Shown here piece after piece: positions 11,005-23,763 of a stretch of DNA of 39,380 nt (positions are counted from its first letter, which is position 1; each line of letters starts with the position of its first letter). Source of the stretch: Octopus bimaculoides (Eukaryota); assembly GCF_001194135.2 (NCBI RefSeq), contig NC_068985.1:27884072-27923451 (forward strand), read 5' to 3'. The notes under the pieces were generated by a model. The model made no database searches and was not told where the DNA came from. It saw only the letters and a program-made list of their open reading frames with translations. The translations under genes were made by a program, and so were the position numbers.

Positions 11005-11115
11005 TCACTCGAACGATTCTTCAAACATTGCAGCTTTCATCTCATTGCGCATAGGTGCAGCGAAGGAGCTCATTGCAGTCACTTTTCTACGACGCCTTTT
11101 GAAGATGATAAACGA
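11005..11115 (-). CDS. Candidate last coding exon of a type I membrane protein (end of TM helix plus cytoplasmic tail)
   Basis: Acceptor TTCTTTGTCTTATCAG, then phase-0 SFIIFKRRRRKVTAMSSFAAPMRNEMKAAMFEESFE-stop; a hydrophobic end followed by a stop-transfer basic run. Confidence 0.55.
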   Translation of the reverse strand, partial: SFIIFKRRRRKVTAMSSFAAPMRNEMKAAMFEESFE

Positions 11116-12184
11116 CTGATAAGACAAAGAATATTGAACTCACTGATTTTGATAACAATAGCCAGTTGATAACATTACCCTTAACTATGATAAGTAGTTT
11201 CTAATGTATTAATAATTACATTGGGTTTATCGATATATTTTAGTCCATTCAGTTTATCTTTACCTCTTTATATATACATAAAAAAGAGGCCTAAGATTTT
11301 TCGAGTGGGCTTATATAGGGTTTGTGGTATCCTTATACATTTTCACGGCTGTGTTAATGAAGTAATTGAAGTGAAATGGCTTCATCCGGGAATCAAAATG
11401 AGTTTCTCACCGCAATCTTACCGGAAAGTCATCTGCTATCAATAATAGCTTCTTTTGGATAGACACAAAACCATTTCATGTTTTAGGTGAGTCATTTGTT
11501 TATATATAGTCATGTGTTTCTAACCAATTATACTAATTGTAATGGAACTGAAGATGATTTGACTCTATAATACTTTGCTGGGTGTTACTAAGTTCGTTTG
11601 GCCATATAGACTCCGATGCCTCTATATTTAGTCAAAGAGGTGGACAACCTAAAATGTCAGTTTTTACTGTCAATTATAGTGCTTTTGTTATTAACAACTA
11701 AGGACAGACAGCTTTGTAAACCTTAGCCGAATTTGTCATCATAATCTAGAATTACACAACTAAATAATGGTTTCAAATATTGGCACAAGAGCAGCAATTT
11801 TACGAAGAAGGGGCCTGTCTATTACATGAACCCCAGTGCTCAAGTGACTCTGATTTTACCGACTTCAGTAGTATGAAAAAAAATGTTAACCTCGGCATCA
11901 TTTGGACTCTGAAGCATTTAAATGCTCTGAAACATTTTGTCCGATACTCTAACGGTTCTGCCAACCCATCACTTTAACAAAATTAAAGAATTTCAGATGT
12001 TCAACATGGTATTCTGCTATTTCTACAAAATACTTTCTTGTTGATAATAATTTCTAGCTTTGTCACAGAGTACACGTTTTGAAAGACAGCACACAGTCAA
12101 TTTATATCGACTACCTAGGGTCTTGATGGGTACTTATTTTATCAATGAAGGAACCTCTACGTTGTTGCTGAACCTGCTGAATAC

Positions 12185-12245
12185 TGTAACCAAAAATATC
12201 AATACAACTTCACATCCGAGAAAAAATCTGCTATTTGATATCGTT
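12185..12245 (-). CDS. Candidate internal exon encoding most of the TM helix
   Basis: Acceptor CCTTCCTACACTTTTCACAG; 61 nt, phase 2 to 0, TISNSRFFLGCEVVLIFLVT. The donor ACA|GTATTC is weak; an alternative CAG|GTTCAG donor paired with an AAG acceptor at 11096 also keeps frame. Confidence 0.4.
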
Positions 12246-12567
12246 CTGTGAAAAGTGTAGGAAGGTTAAACTAGAATATGTTTTGATGAAAGGTTTCCTT
12301 GATCGGGGCTTCGACCTAAACAATAATAATAATAACAACATTGACTCTGGACGAGGGGAAATCAAAGTCCATTCTCAGTGCAATTTCCTTGATCTTAGAT
12401 TATAAAAGAACGTAACTACATACCGAAAGTTATTTTAACTGGTGGTTTGCCGTTGTCATTTGCACACCTCTTTGTAAATAATGGTTTGTTCATTGGTAGA
12501 TGGAAAATATTTGAAGCTGAAGTGATAACGGCAACTGAATCGAATGTCGCTTATTTTATTGACTTTC

Positions 12568-12630
<63 letters not shown>

Positions 12631-12781
12631 NNNNNNNNNNGGGGGGGGCTTACTGCAGCAGGATTCTAACCGGATATATGGACTAGTTGAGATAGATACT
12701 GTAGTGTATTTCTTTCTTTCGATGCACTACGTTTCGTTTCTCTTATTTTGATTAGTGAATAAATAATTATATTTAAAATAT

Positions 12782-12975
12782 GCTCCGGGCCTGAAATTTC
12801 AGAGGAAGATGTTAGTCTATTTACTCGAATTCAATACATGATTGTTGTTTTATTTAATCGAACCCGGAGAAAGATAAAGGCAAAGTTGACTTGGGATGGA
12901 TTTGAACTCAGAATGTAAATAATTTGAAAAAATACGGCATGGTTTTTTTTTTCGATGCTCTAACGATGCTGCCTT
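12782..12975 (-). mobile_element. Degenerate S1 SINE
   Basis: GGCCTGAAATTTC, AAAGGCAAAGTTGAC, TTTGAACTCAGAA and CTAACGATGCTGCC align with the S1 copies. Confidence 0.65.
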
Positions 12976-13620
12976 TTTGCATATCAATGAGAAGAATGAT
13001 TTCTTACATTGGTTCAATGTCAGCTCTCGTCCAGAAGATCTGGGATCAAATGCGTTCCAGCTGCGACCATCTTGCATTTTTGTACACCAGAGAAGTTATC
13101 ATCCAATGTATTCTTTTCTATTTATGACAGAAAAGCGGGATTTGAGGGGGATTTGTTAGCTATTTCTAGCGGGTCGAACGACTGCGTAGCGATTCATTCA
13201 TTAACGCGGCACAAAGTCGATAATCTGTAAGAGAAATGTATAAAGAATTGAATCGACTGAGGTATATTACTGCTTTTCAAAGTGCTAAATGAAAGGACCC
13301 TAACGTGCGCACTCGACCTGCTAGAAACAAATATTATTAGTGTTGTAATAATGTAAAAAATATTAACGATTTAAACATTATTAGTGTTGTAATAATAAAC
13401 TACCACAAGATTAAAATAAAAATTAGACAAGTACAAGCCAGTGAGCTTAAGAACAAGCTACAAATGAATGCGATTTATAAATTCGAATGCATACGTACAT
13501 GATGCAAACTTCACGACTACAACTATTACATTGGTTACAAAACCTACAACACTCCTTTCGACTCATGTACTTCTAGTAAGGAGCAATTGCAATGAACTAT
13601 CATGTCCTATCATGCAAAAG

Positions 13621-14520
13621 AAGCTAACCTGTCATATCTCTCGACTTTTCTTTCTTCCTTATCGCATACCATGTTGTCAGCTGGGCATGCAATATCTATG
13701 ATCCAGCACAGTTTGCTTTCTTTCTCAATTAAGACTATGTCCAGGTTCCTATTCTCTATCTTATGGCTGCACTGAATAATAAAATCCCATAGGATCTTTG
13801 CATTTCCATTTTCGATGATGCCTTCAGGTTTGTGGTCGTACCAATTTTTTGCTCTGTCAAGTCCATACTTGTTGCAATGTGTCCAATGGACAAGCCTGGC
13901 TATATTGTCATAGCGTCTCTTATATTCCTTCGGGGCTAGTGGCGTACATTGGCTGTAATATGCCATACGGTTTCACTGTTTTGTCCACAGATTCTGCACT
14001 TATCACTTTCTGCTGTGTTGTCTGTTCTGTATTTTATGTAGTTTGTTCTTCATGCATTCTCTTGGGTAGCACAGATTAGAGCCTCCATTTCCGGTTTTAA
14101 ATCACTTTTAGTCATCTACAGCCATCTTTTTTTCTCTGTCTCTCTTATCTTCAACATCCCTATGAAATTGACCATGCATTCTTTTCTTTACCCATTTATT
14201 TTCAAACTCATTAGTTTTCAATTTCTTGTATAGTGCTTTATCTTTGCAATCTTTCGTCTTGCACAAGCCTGACCTTCCTACTTCTAATAATAACGGTTAT
14301 GTGGCATTTTTTACATACCATGCTATGTTGTTTTCTCCTGCTTTAATGCTGTGTTCGCATCCAAGAAGTTCTCTTCTCCCTGTTTTTCTTGGTACATACA
14401 GTCTGTCTGTGTCACTTTTTGGGTGGAGTGACCCATATCTCGTTAGCACCTTCCTTGTCTTCCTTGTAATTTCTGTCTCCATGAATTTATCCATTTCCAG
14501 TATCTCCAAGATACTTGGGG
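13621..14520 (-). mobile_element. Dong-like subfamily b copy truncated at both ends, inverted relative to 7533-9936
   Basis: ORFs 13610-13966 and 14297-14548 match the 8757-9598 segment (about 90% by eye). It begins with a KYLG-LEMDKFMETE remnant joined to RKTRKVLT. Confidence 0.92.
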
Positions 14521-15193
14521 ATACTTTGTTTTTGTCTTGAGGTTCCACATTTTGCCAATTTTTATTTCAAGATCTCTATATTTGATCAGTTTTTGGTAGG
14601 TCTTGATAAACACATTTATATCGATTGAAACAGTCATATCAATGAAGAGGCATGATTTTTGTCTGAAATCCTTCAACATAATGTCTGGTATATTTACATC
14701 TATCTTTCTGTCAGTTTGGGCAGTAGAGTTTCAAAGGAGTGAGATGTGATCATTTAAAAGCACTTGAAGTGGTTTGTGTTTCCGTCAGTTTCTCTCATGG
14801 GGCAGGTCCAGGTCCTTGCAAATTACCCAGCGAATATACTGTGCTGCTCTATTATGCCAGTTGAGATACTCTGTAGATACAAGAATGTTGCACATGGAGA
14901 CAACACGAGCGATGGTTTCAGCCTGTTCTTTACATAAACGACGTGATGGGCTACTACTGTTCATTAATATGTTGGCCTGATAGTTTCTTGTAGGTAGGCA
15001 CTGATCCTAGGTTGCTATGATGAACCCTTCTTTCTCTTTGATTTTCAGCCAGAAGAAGCTAACCATTAATGGGTAAAGGCTTTGTCAATATCAGTATTAT
15101 TAGCTCTCTTCAGGTATTTGACATTTCGAGGTTTTCTTTGCCATTTATCAGTGAGAATATCTAGGGAAGCAGTTGAGCAAGGTTTTTCATACA

Positions 15194-15195
<2 letters not shown>
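14521..15195 (-). mobile_element. Dong-like RLE element (subfamily d): knuckle plus RLE, 3' end missing
   Basis: EGFIIAT-DQCLPTRNYQANI, RLCKEQAETIARVVSMC, IPDIMLKD-SCLFIDMTVSID-KLIKYRDLEIKIGKMWNLKTKT; preceded on the minus strand by (TAA)n. Confidence 0.88.
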
Positions 15196-15196
<1 letters not shown>

Positions 15197-15268
<72 letters not shown>

Positions 15269-15278
15269 CATTATTATT
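15197..15278. repeat. (ATT)n array
   Basis: Directly visible. Confidence 0.95.
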
Positions 15279-15399
15279 TGGTTCTTTCTTTTTTTTCTTT
15301 CAATTTCGTGTCTATTTCTTACCGAGTGTTTTCTTGACATCGAGGACAATGGAACTCACTGTATACATTGATATGCCATTACAGTAAACATACATTATT

Positions 15400-15592
15400 A
15401 TCCACGTCGGGTGAAATGCTTAAGATTATTTCGCCCCTCGCTGCATTGTGTGTTCAAATTCCGAAGACGTCGACTTTGCCTTTCATCCCTACTGGGTCAA
15501 TAAGTTAAGTAGCAGTGAAACACTGCGGTCAATGTAATCGACTGTCCCCTCCTTCAAAATTTCAGGCCTTGTAGCTATAGTAGAAAGGATTA
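15400..15592 (+). mobile_element. S1 tRNA-derived SINE with (ATT)n tail
   Basis: B-box GTTCAAATTCC, central GTCGACTTTGCCTTTCATCC-AAGTAGCAG, 3' TTTCAGGCCTTGTAGCTATAGTAGAAAGGATTATT. Confidence 0.88.
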
Positions 15593-15599
15593 TTATTAA

Positions 15600-15662
<63 letters not shown>

Positions 15663-15675
15663 CATTATTATTATT

Positions 15676-15762
<87 letters not shown>

Positions 15763-15783
15763 ATTATTATTATTATTATTATT
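15590..15783. repeat. (ATT)n array
   Basis: Directly visible. Confidence 0.95.
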
Positions 15784-16243
15784 GAGTGAGAGAGCAGTGT
15801 ATGCCATAAAAGTGATACTGGAGAAAATATACGAAGCCCAGTATACCCATCATGACTACCCGTCAGATAAGGGTACACTAGGCACATGAATTACAACCAT
15901 ATGTGCGCGACATGGTGATCTCATATCAAGATAACCATCGCATGACCTTGCAGGTAGAATTTTCTTCAGGTTGAGTAGCCTATGTCGTTCAAAAGGTCCC
16001 ATGTTTCCAGAGGTGAATTATCCAAACCTCCAAGAATTCCTCTCAACACAAGGCTATGATGCTGCTCCACCACTACTTCTGCTCGTGATCAGAGATGCAC
16101 ATATTGTCAGCCACAAAGAGATATGCTCAACTGGTTCAGGTCAAACAACTGACAAGCAAATCTGTGGTATTGAACAGAATATTTGCTGTAGCCCATCTTT
16201 TATACCAAGACAAAACAATGTACAGGATAACACTTCCAGTCAC
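15784..16243 (-). repeat. Interspersed repeat ending in (TAA)n (family R, class unresolved)
   Basis: Homologous to 16264-16477 and 6970-7080; no recognisable protein motif. Confidence 0.8.
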
Positions 16244-16263
16244 TTATTATTATTATTATTATT

Positions 16264-16476
16264 GAGTGAGAGAGTAGCGCATGCCATCAAAGTGACACCG
16301 GGGTAAAGTATACGAAGCCCAGTATATCAACCATGATTACCTGTCTTATAAGGGTGCACCAGGCACATGCATCACAACCAAACGTGCGTGATATGGTTAT
16401 CTTATATCAAGAAAACAGCGCATTACCTTGCAGGTGGGACCCAGTTAGAATTTTCTCCATGTTGAGTAGCCCATCC

Positions 16477-16477
<1 letters not shown>
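16264..16477 (-). repeat. Second, 5'-truncated family R copy
   Basis: GAGTGAGAGAG-ATGCCAT-ACGAAGCCCAGTATA-GTTGAGTAGCC aligns with 15784-15980; flanked by ATT repeats. Confidence 0.85.
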
Positions 16478-16539
<62 letters not shown>

Positions 16540-16552
16540 CATTATTATTATA

Positions 16553-16646
16553 GTTTGTCACAGGTTCGGTCTTATTCCTAGCAGGGATTCTCCGGATAGT
16601 GGGTTACTACCTGTGACCTCAGGTATCCACAAGTTTTCAGCAGTCT

Positions 16647-16648
<2 letters not shown>
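16553..16648 (+). mobile_element. Probable isolated 3' UTR of a TAA-tailed retroelement
   Basis: About 95-nt unique block between (ATT)n and a long (TAA)n tail. Confidence 0.45.
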
Positions 16649-16718
<70 letters not shown>

Positions 16719-16738
16719 TAATGATAATAATAATAATG

Positions 16739-16812
<74 letters not shown>

Positions 16813-16822
16813 CATCATTATT
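16648..16822. repeat. Back-to-back (TAA)n then (ATT)n
   Basis: The switch occurs at about 16740. Confidence 0.95.
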
Positions 16823-17481
16823 ATAAGAAACTGATATAATTGTAAAGAACAAGAAGGTAAAGGAGTACCTCACATGCGACGAATCTGTCGGAACAAAAAA
16901 TAATACATCTCTAAAAGAAATAAATGAAATATAGACTTTATACCAACAGAATGATCCGAAAATAGAGATAACCAAAATCTAGGGATTAAAAGCAAATATA
17001 GCTTCCATCTTAATGTTAATCTTTCCCAATGAGCATGTTAATATGCGATTTAAAAAGGTTAAATGATAAAAAAAAAAAAGATGCATAGTTAATCAGAACG
17101 AAAATCCCTGGGAATATAATTAGGTAGTGTATAGTAATTGAATGGTATATACTTTCAAAGTAATAATAAAAAAACAAAAAAAACATAAGTCCAAAACGAG
17201 ACGCTTCCTACTTCTAAATAGCACATGCCTGCGTTTGGGGATGCAGTGACAACAGACAATGAAAGCAAGACTGGTGAAAATAAGATGAAATATAATAATT
17301 GTCGTCCAGATTGGAATATATCAGAGTAAAAGTACAATCGATCGAACTGACCAAATGTATTAGTGTGAATTATGTAAGATTAATATTGACGATGTAGATC
17401 TCTCATAACCTACCGCTACTAACAAAAAGAAATAATCAAGAAGCATTCTCTGTCTCTACTCCTTAATCCCACGCTGTCTTT

Positions 17482-17526
<45 letters not shown>

Positions 17527-17667
17527 TACACATACACAGGTACTAACAAACACGCATACGCATACACACAGGCAGAGAGAGACAGACACGCACAAACAGA
17601 CATACAACATGTTCGTGTATACGCGCATATATATGTGCGTGTGTTTGTGTGTGTGTGTGTGTTTTGA

Positions 17668-17712
17668 TTTTGTCTTGACGAGTTCGATAAACGAATGAAA
17701 GCGCTAATAAAA
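17668..17712 (+). ncRNA. Hammerhead-like motif with a 1-nt core insertion
   Basis: Stem I TTTTGT/ATAAAA; CT(T)GACGA 17674-17681; stem II GTTCG-ATAAA-CGAAT; GAAA 17697-17700; palindrome AGCGCT; CUA triplet ending at 17706; follows (GT)n. Confidence 0.55.
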
Positions 17713-17869
17713 AATTATCCAAAATTCTGACTGCCTACTTTTCCTCAATATATATATACATAGGTTGATAGATCGATAGATAGATAGATATACAGACAGA
17801 TATAGATAAATATAGATATATATACACTCACCTCTATCACACACACTCATCACTGTCACACACACTCAC

Positions 17870-17949
<80 letters not shown>

Positions 17950-18974
17950 GTATATTATATACATGTGTGTGTGTGTGCGATGGGTCGTTTGAAAGAACAA
18001 CTTAAAATTCAATGTTTCATTTTTTGTTTTTGATAAACGAAATTTCTCGCAGTTTAGAATAAATAGACGAAAAATAAATAAGGAGGGGTGGTCAGAAGAG
18101 GATCGCTTCGATGGTAGATCTGGTTGATAAGAGCTGACCTGGGGCTAAACAAGGACGAATAATACCCACGTTATTAGAACATGCAACATGTTAGAGATAA
18201 ACAAAACTTCTACCAGAAAGTGTGGAACTAATAAAATTAAAGCTACGTTCGGTATTTACGTAATGTTTAATCTACGAGACATTAAATTCTAAGATTTCAC
18301 TTTCATATCTCTTTGATTACTTTCGGTTAATATTTTTACGTAGTGGACTCTGACTTTTAAACCTGGCCAAGTCTACAAAAACAAAATCAAAAATATAAAA
18401 GTAAAAGAAAAAACCAAAAACAACAAAGACGAATGATCTTTCATTCTCAATTTAAACTGGCGCTCGCCATTTTGAATATATTATGTTAAGTTATTTGGTA
18501 GCTAACTCCACACACAACGCTTAATCAATGTCGTCACTGGGGTGGAACTAGGGAAACGGGCATTCATCTAAACAGTAACATATTCACACACGAACGGACA
18601 CACACACACACAAAGTCTAATCGCTTTTATATACGTAGAGAAAAATACAGAATATATACAGATGCATATACGTATGCATTAGTGCATGCATGATATAAAC
18701 AATAGATAGCCACATAAAAATAAATGTATGTATAGAGAAACACGTATTTAGAATCGGAAGACTATGAAAATGTTTACACGCAAACAGAAGAGAGATACTT
18801 TTGCGTATATAAAATATAAACTATTGGTATTCGTGCATACATAATTATGCATGTGTGAATGTATATAAAATATACATAAATATATAATATCTAATATATA
18901 TAATATATATATATATAATATATATATATATAGGTATATAAAATGTGTATGTGTGTGATTACACACACACACAC

Positions 18975-19031
<57 letters not shown>

Positions 19032-19683
19032 CACACACATATATATATGTGTTTGTATGTGTGTATGGCTATATGTCTCTTAGTATGGATGCATTTGTAT
19101 GCGTGCGAATTTATTGATTAATCTTTTTATCATTCTCTCATACACATGCAAGCACATACGCTCACGCGCACGCGCAAACTGATACACATGCACACGTTCT
19201 TATGCTTATAACCACATCAACGTATATGTATGTGCGCATGTATACATACATATATATATATATATATNNNNNNNNNNTATATATATATGTGTATCTATCT
19301 ATCTATATATATATATATAGTACGAAGCTGATTTTGCTCATCATCGCCACTCAGAGTTTGTTTTTCGATGTCTCATATCTGACGGTAACATGGATATAAG
19401 AATATCTCTGTAACGACGGATGTGATTATTTCTGGATTTATGGGAATTCACTAATACAAGACGCCTTGTTGATTTATCTTCATTGTAGAACGAAGCAATT
19501 AATGTTTGGCACTCACAGCGTAAAGAGGACTATAGCAGACCTGTTTTATTGTAAAACTTACTTAAATGTAATTAATAATGACTATTTTTGCAGCACCGTA
19601 GCACATATTTAATTGGAAAGAAACTGAAGTTATCTTTATTGAGAAAATAAAATCTGTCTAGCAAGCAACAGTACACACACACA

Positions 19684-19720
<37 letters not shown>

Positions 19721-19724
19721 CTTT

Positions 19725-19779
<55 letters not shown>

Positions 19780-19879
19780 NNNNNNNNNNNNNNNNNNNNN
19801 NNNNNNNNNNNNNNNNNNNNNNNNNNNNNNNNNNNNNNNNNNNNNNNNNNNNNNNNNNNNNNNNNNNNNNNNNNNNNNN

Positions 19880-19915
<36 letters not shown>

Positions 19916-19919
19916 CTTT

Positions 19920-19979
<60 letters not shown>

Positions 19980-20419
19980 ATATATCTCTCTATATCATAC
20001 ACACACATATACATTGATATCGTATCTACATATGCATATACATATATCGTATCTACATATGCATATACATATATACATGTGTGTATTTGTGTGTGTGTAT
20101 GCCCGCACGTACGTACATATATGCACGCAAATATCTACAAGTTCCCTCGCCTTAATTTGTGTGCACGCTCAAAATCCCCTCCATATACGTGTTAAATTGA
20201 ATACAAAACAGCTTCAAAATCTGGGAGATAACAGTATTTTATTAATATAGAATCATGGAAACAAAAGAACCACATGTAAAACTAGTTTGTATTGTTTAAA
20301 AACATCAGGACAGATCATAAGTGTGTAACTCGTTTGTTTATTACCATGTCTATGTTTATATTTATAATTATTTTTATTTATGAAGAAGCGGTCGTCAGAG
20401 AGAATAATTACGATTTTCA

Positions 20420-20668
20420 TGATAATGTTGATAATGCCGATGACGATGATGGTAATGATGATGACGATGATGATGATGGTGGTGGTGGTGGTGGTGGTGG
20501 TGGTGATGGCAATAATGATGATAACATGACTAAAGAGAAATATTATGATGAGAATAAATGGTAACAAATAATATTGCTGTTAACAACGAATACCAATAAT
20601 AATAGCACTAACAACAACAACAACAACAACAACAGCAACAACAATAAAGGCATTACTACTACTACTAT

Positions 20669-20733
<65 letters not shown>

Positions 20734-20946
20734 GGAAAATAATAATAAAAATTAAATTAGTAGTATTAGTATTGGTAATAATAGTAATAAATAACAACAA
20801 CGGAGACAACAAAAACAACAATAATAAAAATAATAATAATGATGATGATGATGATAATGATGATGATGATGATAATGATGATGATGATGATGATGATGGT
20901 GATGATGGTGATAATAATGATAATAATAATAATAATAATAATAATA

Positions 20947-20977
<31 letters not shown>

Positions 20978-20979
20978 TG

Positions 20980-21019
<40 letters not shown>

Positions 21020-21045
21020 TAATAATAATAATAATAATAATAATG
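20420..21045. repeat. Compound trinucleotide array (GAT, GGT, AAC, ACT, AAT)
   Basis: Directly visible. Confidence 0.95.
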
Positions 21046-21195
21046 TTATTTGCCGTAAGGGTTCGGGTTTGATATTATTACAATGCAATTATTTCTCATA
21101 CAATAGAATTCCTCAGAAATCGACGGACAAGCATTGTAATGAGATACGACAAAAGTGTGTTTATATAGTTTATACAATGTAACTACGCACACACA

Positions 21196-21236
<41 letters not shown>

Positions 21237-21364
21237 ATATATAAAGAAATTTAGTACGATAATGAAAATTTGTATATGAATAAATAATATAGTGTATTAA
21301 ATGAATATAATATAATCGATTCACCATAATGAAAGATATGCACCCAGTGGGTATTATACTCTGA

Positions 21365-21421
<57 letters not shown>

Positions 21422-21576
21422 TGAACAACAACAACAGCAACAACAATAATATATGAATAAGCATCGTATGTAACAACGGTTGTAAGCACTATAGGTTTGA
21501 ACGTTCTGCGCGTACATCGACAAATTACATGTCTTTATTTGAATGTTGAATAGATCGTATTTCGGTACACACACAC

Positions 21577-21671
<95 letters not shown>

Positions 21672-22618
21672 TATACGCACATGCGCTTACACAAATACGC
21701 ATGCACACATGCGCACAAACACATCATACATACGTACATGTAACACGTATGTATATGTAGACATATATGCAAATCGAATGTATGTGTTTATATGATTTCA
21801 AAGTTTATAAGTGGATTTTCAATAAATAAAAGTATGAATATTTGTCCGTATACTTGTCTGAAGGGCTTTGCGATATTGCTTGTATGTATTATTTGTGAGG
21901 TATTGTGTATGCATATTAATTACGTATTTATAAATTGACTATATAGCGATGTTGCTTTTGAAAATGTAAACACATTAAGTCGATCGTTATAAAACGGAAG
22001 TGATATTGATACGCTCTCCGGTGGAAGAGAACAGCTTAAGTGGGAAGAAGTGGCTGCACAAGTAACGTGATCAAGACAAAATGTCAGTGGAAACTTCTTA
22101 GCCATTCATCAAAGAGTGTGTGTATTTGGGTACACAAACAGAAATATACAGCTATACGAACCCCCATCATACACACATACACGCTCACACTCGCACATGC
22201 TCGTACACACACGCACAGTCATAGAAGACATAAATATATAACACACGCATATTCATAGGATCTTTAATATGTATAATAAGTACGCAAATATTAAAGGTTT
22301 TGTTACGTAAATAAATTGCATTATATTTTCTCCTACATATTTTGTATGGTTTTAGACGCTTTTGATATAGATTTGTGTCACGAGTACCTAAAACTACGTG
22401 TCACATATATATTGGAAAATTACTTTACATACTACATTCATATATGTATATACATATACACACACACGCACACACACACACACACACACATCTATGCGTA
22501 TGTGTGTCTTGTGTGTATGCTTATATAGATATGTGTGCATGTGTATTAACTTACATATATGCAAGCATATATGTGTGCATATGTGCACTTTTTGTATGTT
22601 TCTGTATATATACATATC

Positions 22619-22677
<59 letters not shown>

Positions 22678-23582
22678 TTACATATATATAATGTTATTAC
22701 GAACGAATTTAAATCGTATTCAATACACACAAAGTCTACTGCATCAGACTTTAACTCTGGAACAAAAAAATAAAAAATATACAAAGAAAAAAAAGAACAC
22801 TAAAATACGAGATATTACAAAATATGAAATATCTCGTGTTCTTCCCTTTATTATAATCGTCGGAGACATATTTATACCTATCTCCCTATGTCTTTCATTA
22901 TGTGACTGAAATGGCCATTGCCAAAGCAGATGGCCACTAGTTTCTAAAATATTAGCAATTCTTCGATACCATCGTTAGGAATATACGAGGGGAGGGGATC
23001 TCAAGATGGTTGTTCATGTTGTTAGATATCGTATCCAAATATCCCTTAAACATACCCTACCGTATCAAGAAATAGGTGTAATAATGTGAATAATGTAGTC
23101 ATAGATATCTTTAGAATGACGGTATGTTTACCGGTGGAATGTCTCTCAATCAAGGCTCTGTTGACCTGGTGTTAAACAGCGACAATGATAACAAAAACAA
23201 AGTCTAATTACTGAGTTACTTTGCGACCCGATCTTCATTTACTTAAGCTTGGTTAATTTATGAACGTCACATTTTCATACATCGCATTCCTTTATAAACA
23301 TAGCGTCCTACGGGCTAATAGAAAGAAAAATATACATTAGTACACCTGCAGAAATATTAAATCAGTTATAATAGATTTTCCAGCTTACACCTGGTGCACG
23401 TTATACACACACGCATGCACATAAACACATGTGTGTATGTGTATATTGCTATTTTAATTTTTTTGATATAAAGTCAATTTGAAATCTATAAAATCAAAAG
23501 ATCAATAGTTTTTTTATCAACCCATTTTCTCGTTGAAAAGCTGAGACTGAAACAATAAACAATAAAAATCGAAAACAATTAC

Positions 23583-23763
23583 GTCATCATCAAGTTTTGC
23601 GTGGCTGGTACGAGATACTGCACCCCTCCCCGCCACCATATGCTGATGGATTCAGTGAGTCTCTTGCCAACATACGTTTGCTGTCTGTCTCCCACCGTGT
23701 TGTCGAAGCGAACTAAATAGCAATCAAAGTGAAAAATTTTCCCTTCATGTTTGTATTTCTCCA
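23583..23763 (-). CDS. Candidate internal exon of an unknown protein (likely ectodomain)
   Basis: Acceptor TTTATTTTCGAACAG, donor GAC|GTAATT; 181 nt, phase 1 to 2, only one frame open: EKYKHEGKIFHFDCYLVRFDNTVGDRQQTYVGKRLTESISIWWRGGVQYLVPATQNLMM; GC-richer than the flanks. Confidence 0.6.

Noticed and set aside
12715-12760. Minus-strand GAAACGTA with an upstream CTAATCA
   Set aside because: Two core mismatches and no stem II; too degenerate.
13333-13396. 20-bp direct repeat with a 24-bp spacer (CRISPR-like look)
   Set aside because: Only two copies in eukaryotic AT-rich DNA; a simple local duplication.
17229-17270. Possible minus-strand exon LAFIVCCHCIPKR (phase 2-2)
   Set aside because: The acceptor is good but it needs a weak GC donor and is not required by the gene model; it remains a possible alternative exon.
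19687-19980. (GT)n-GCGTCTTTT-(TATC)n repeated twice
   Set aside because: The copies flank a gap; probably an assembly duplication.
20574-21182. Asn/Thr/Asp-rich 202-aa protein
   Set aside because: Explained by trinucleotide microsatellites; no complex sequence or splice signals.
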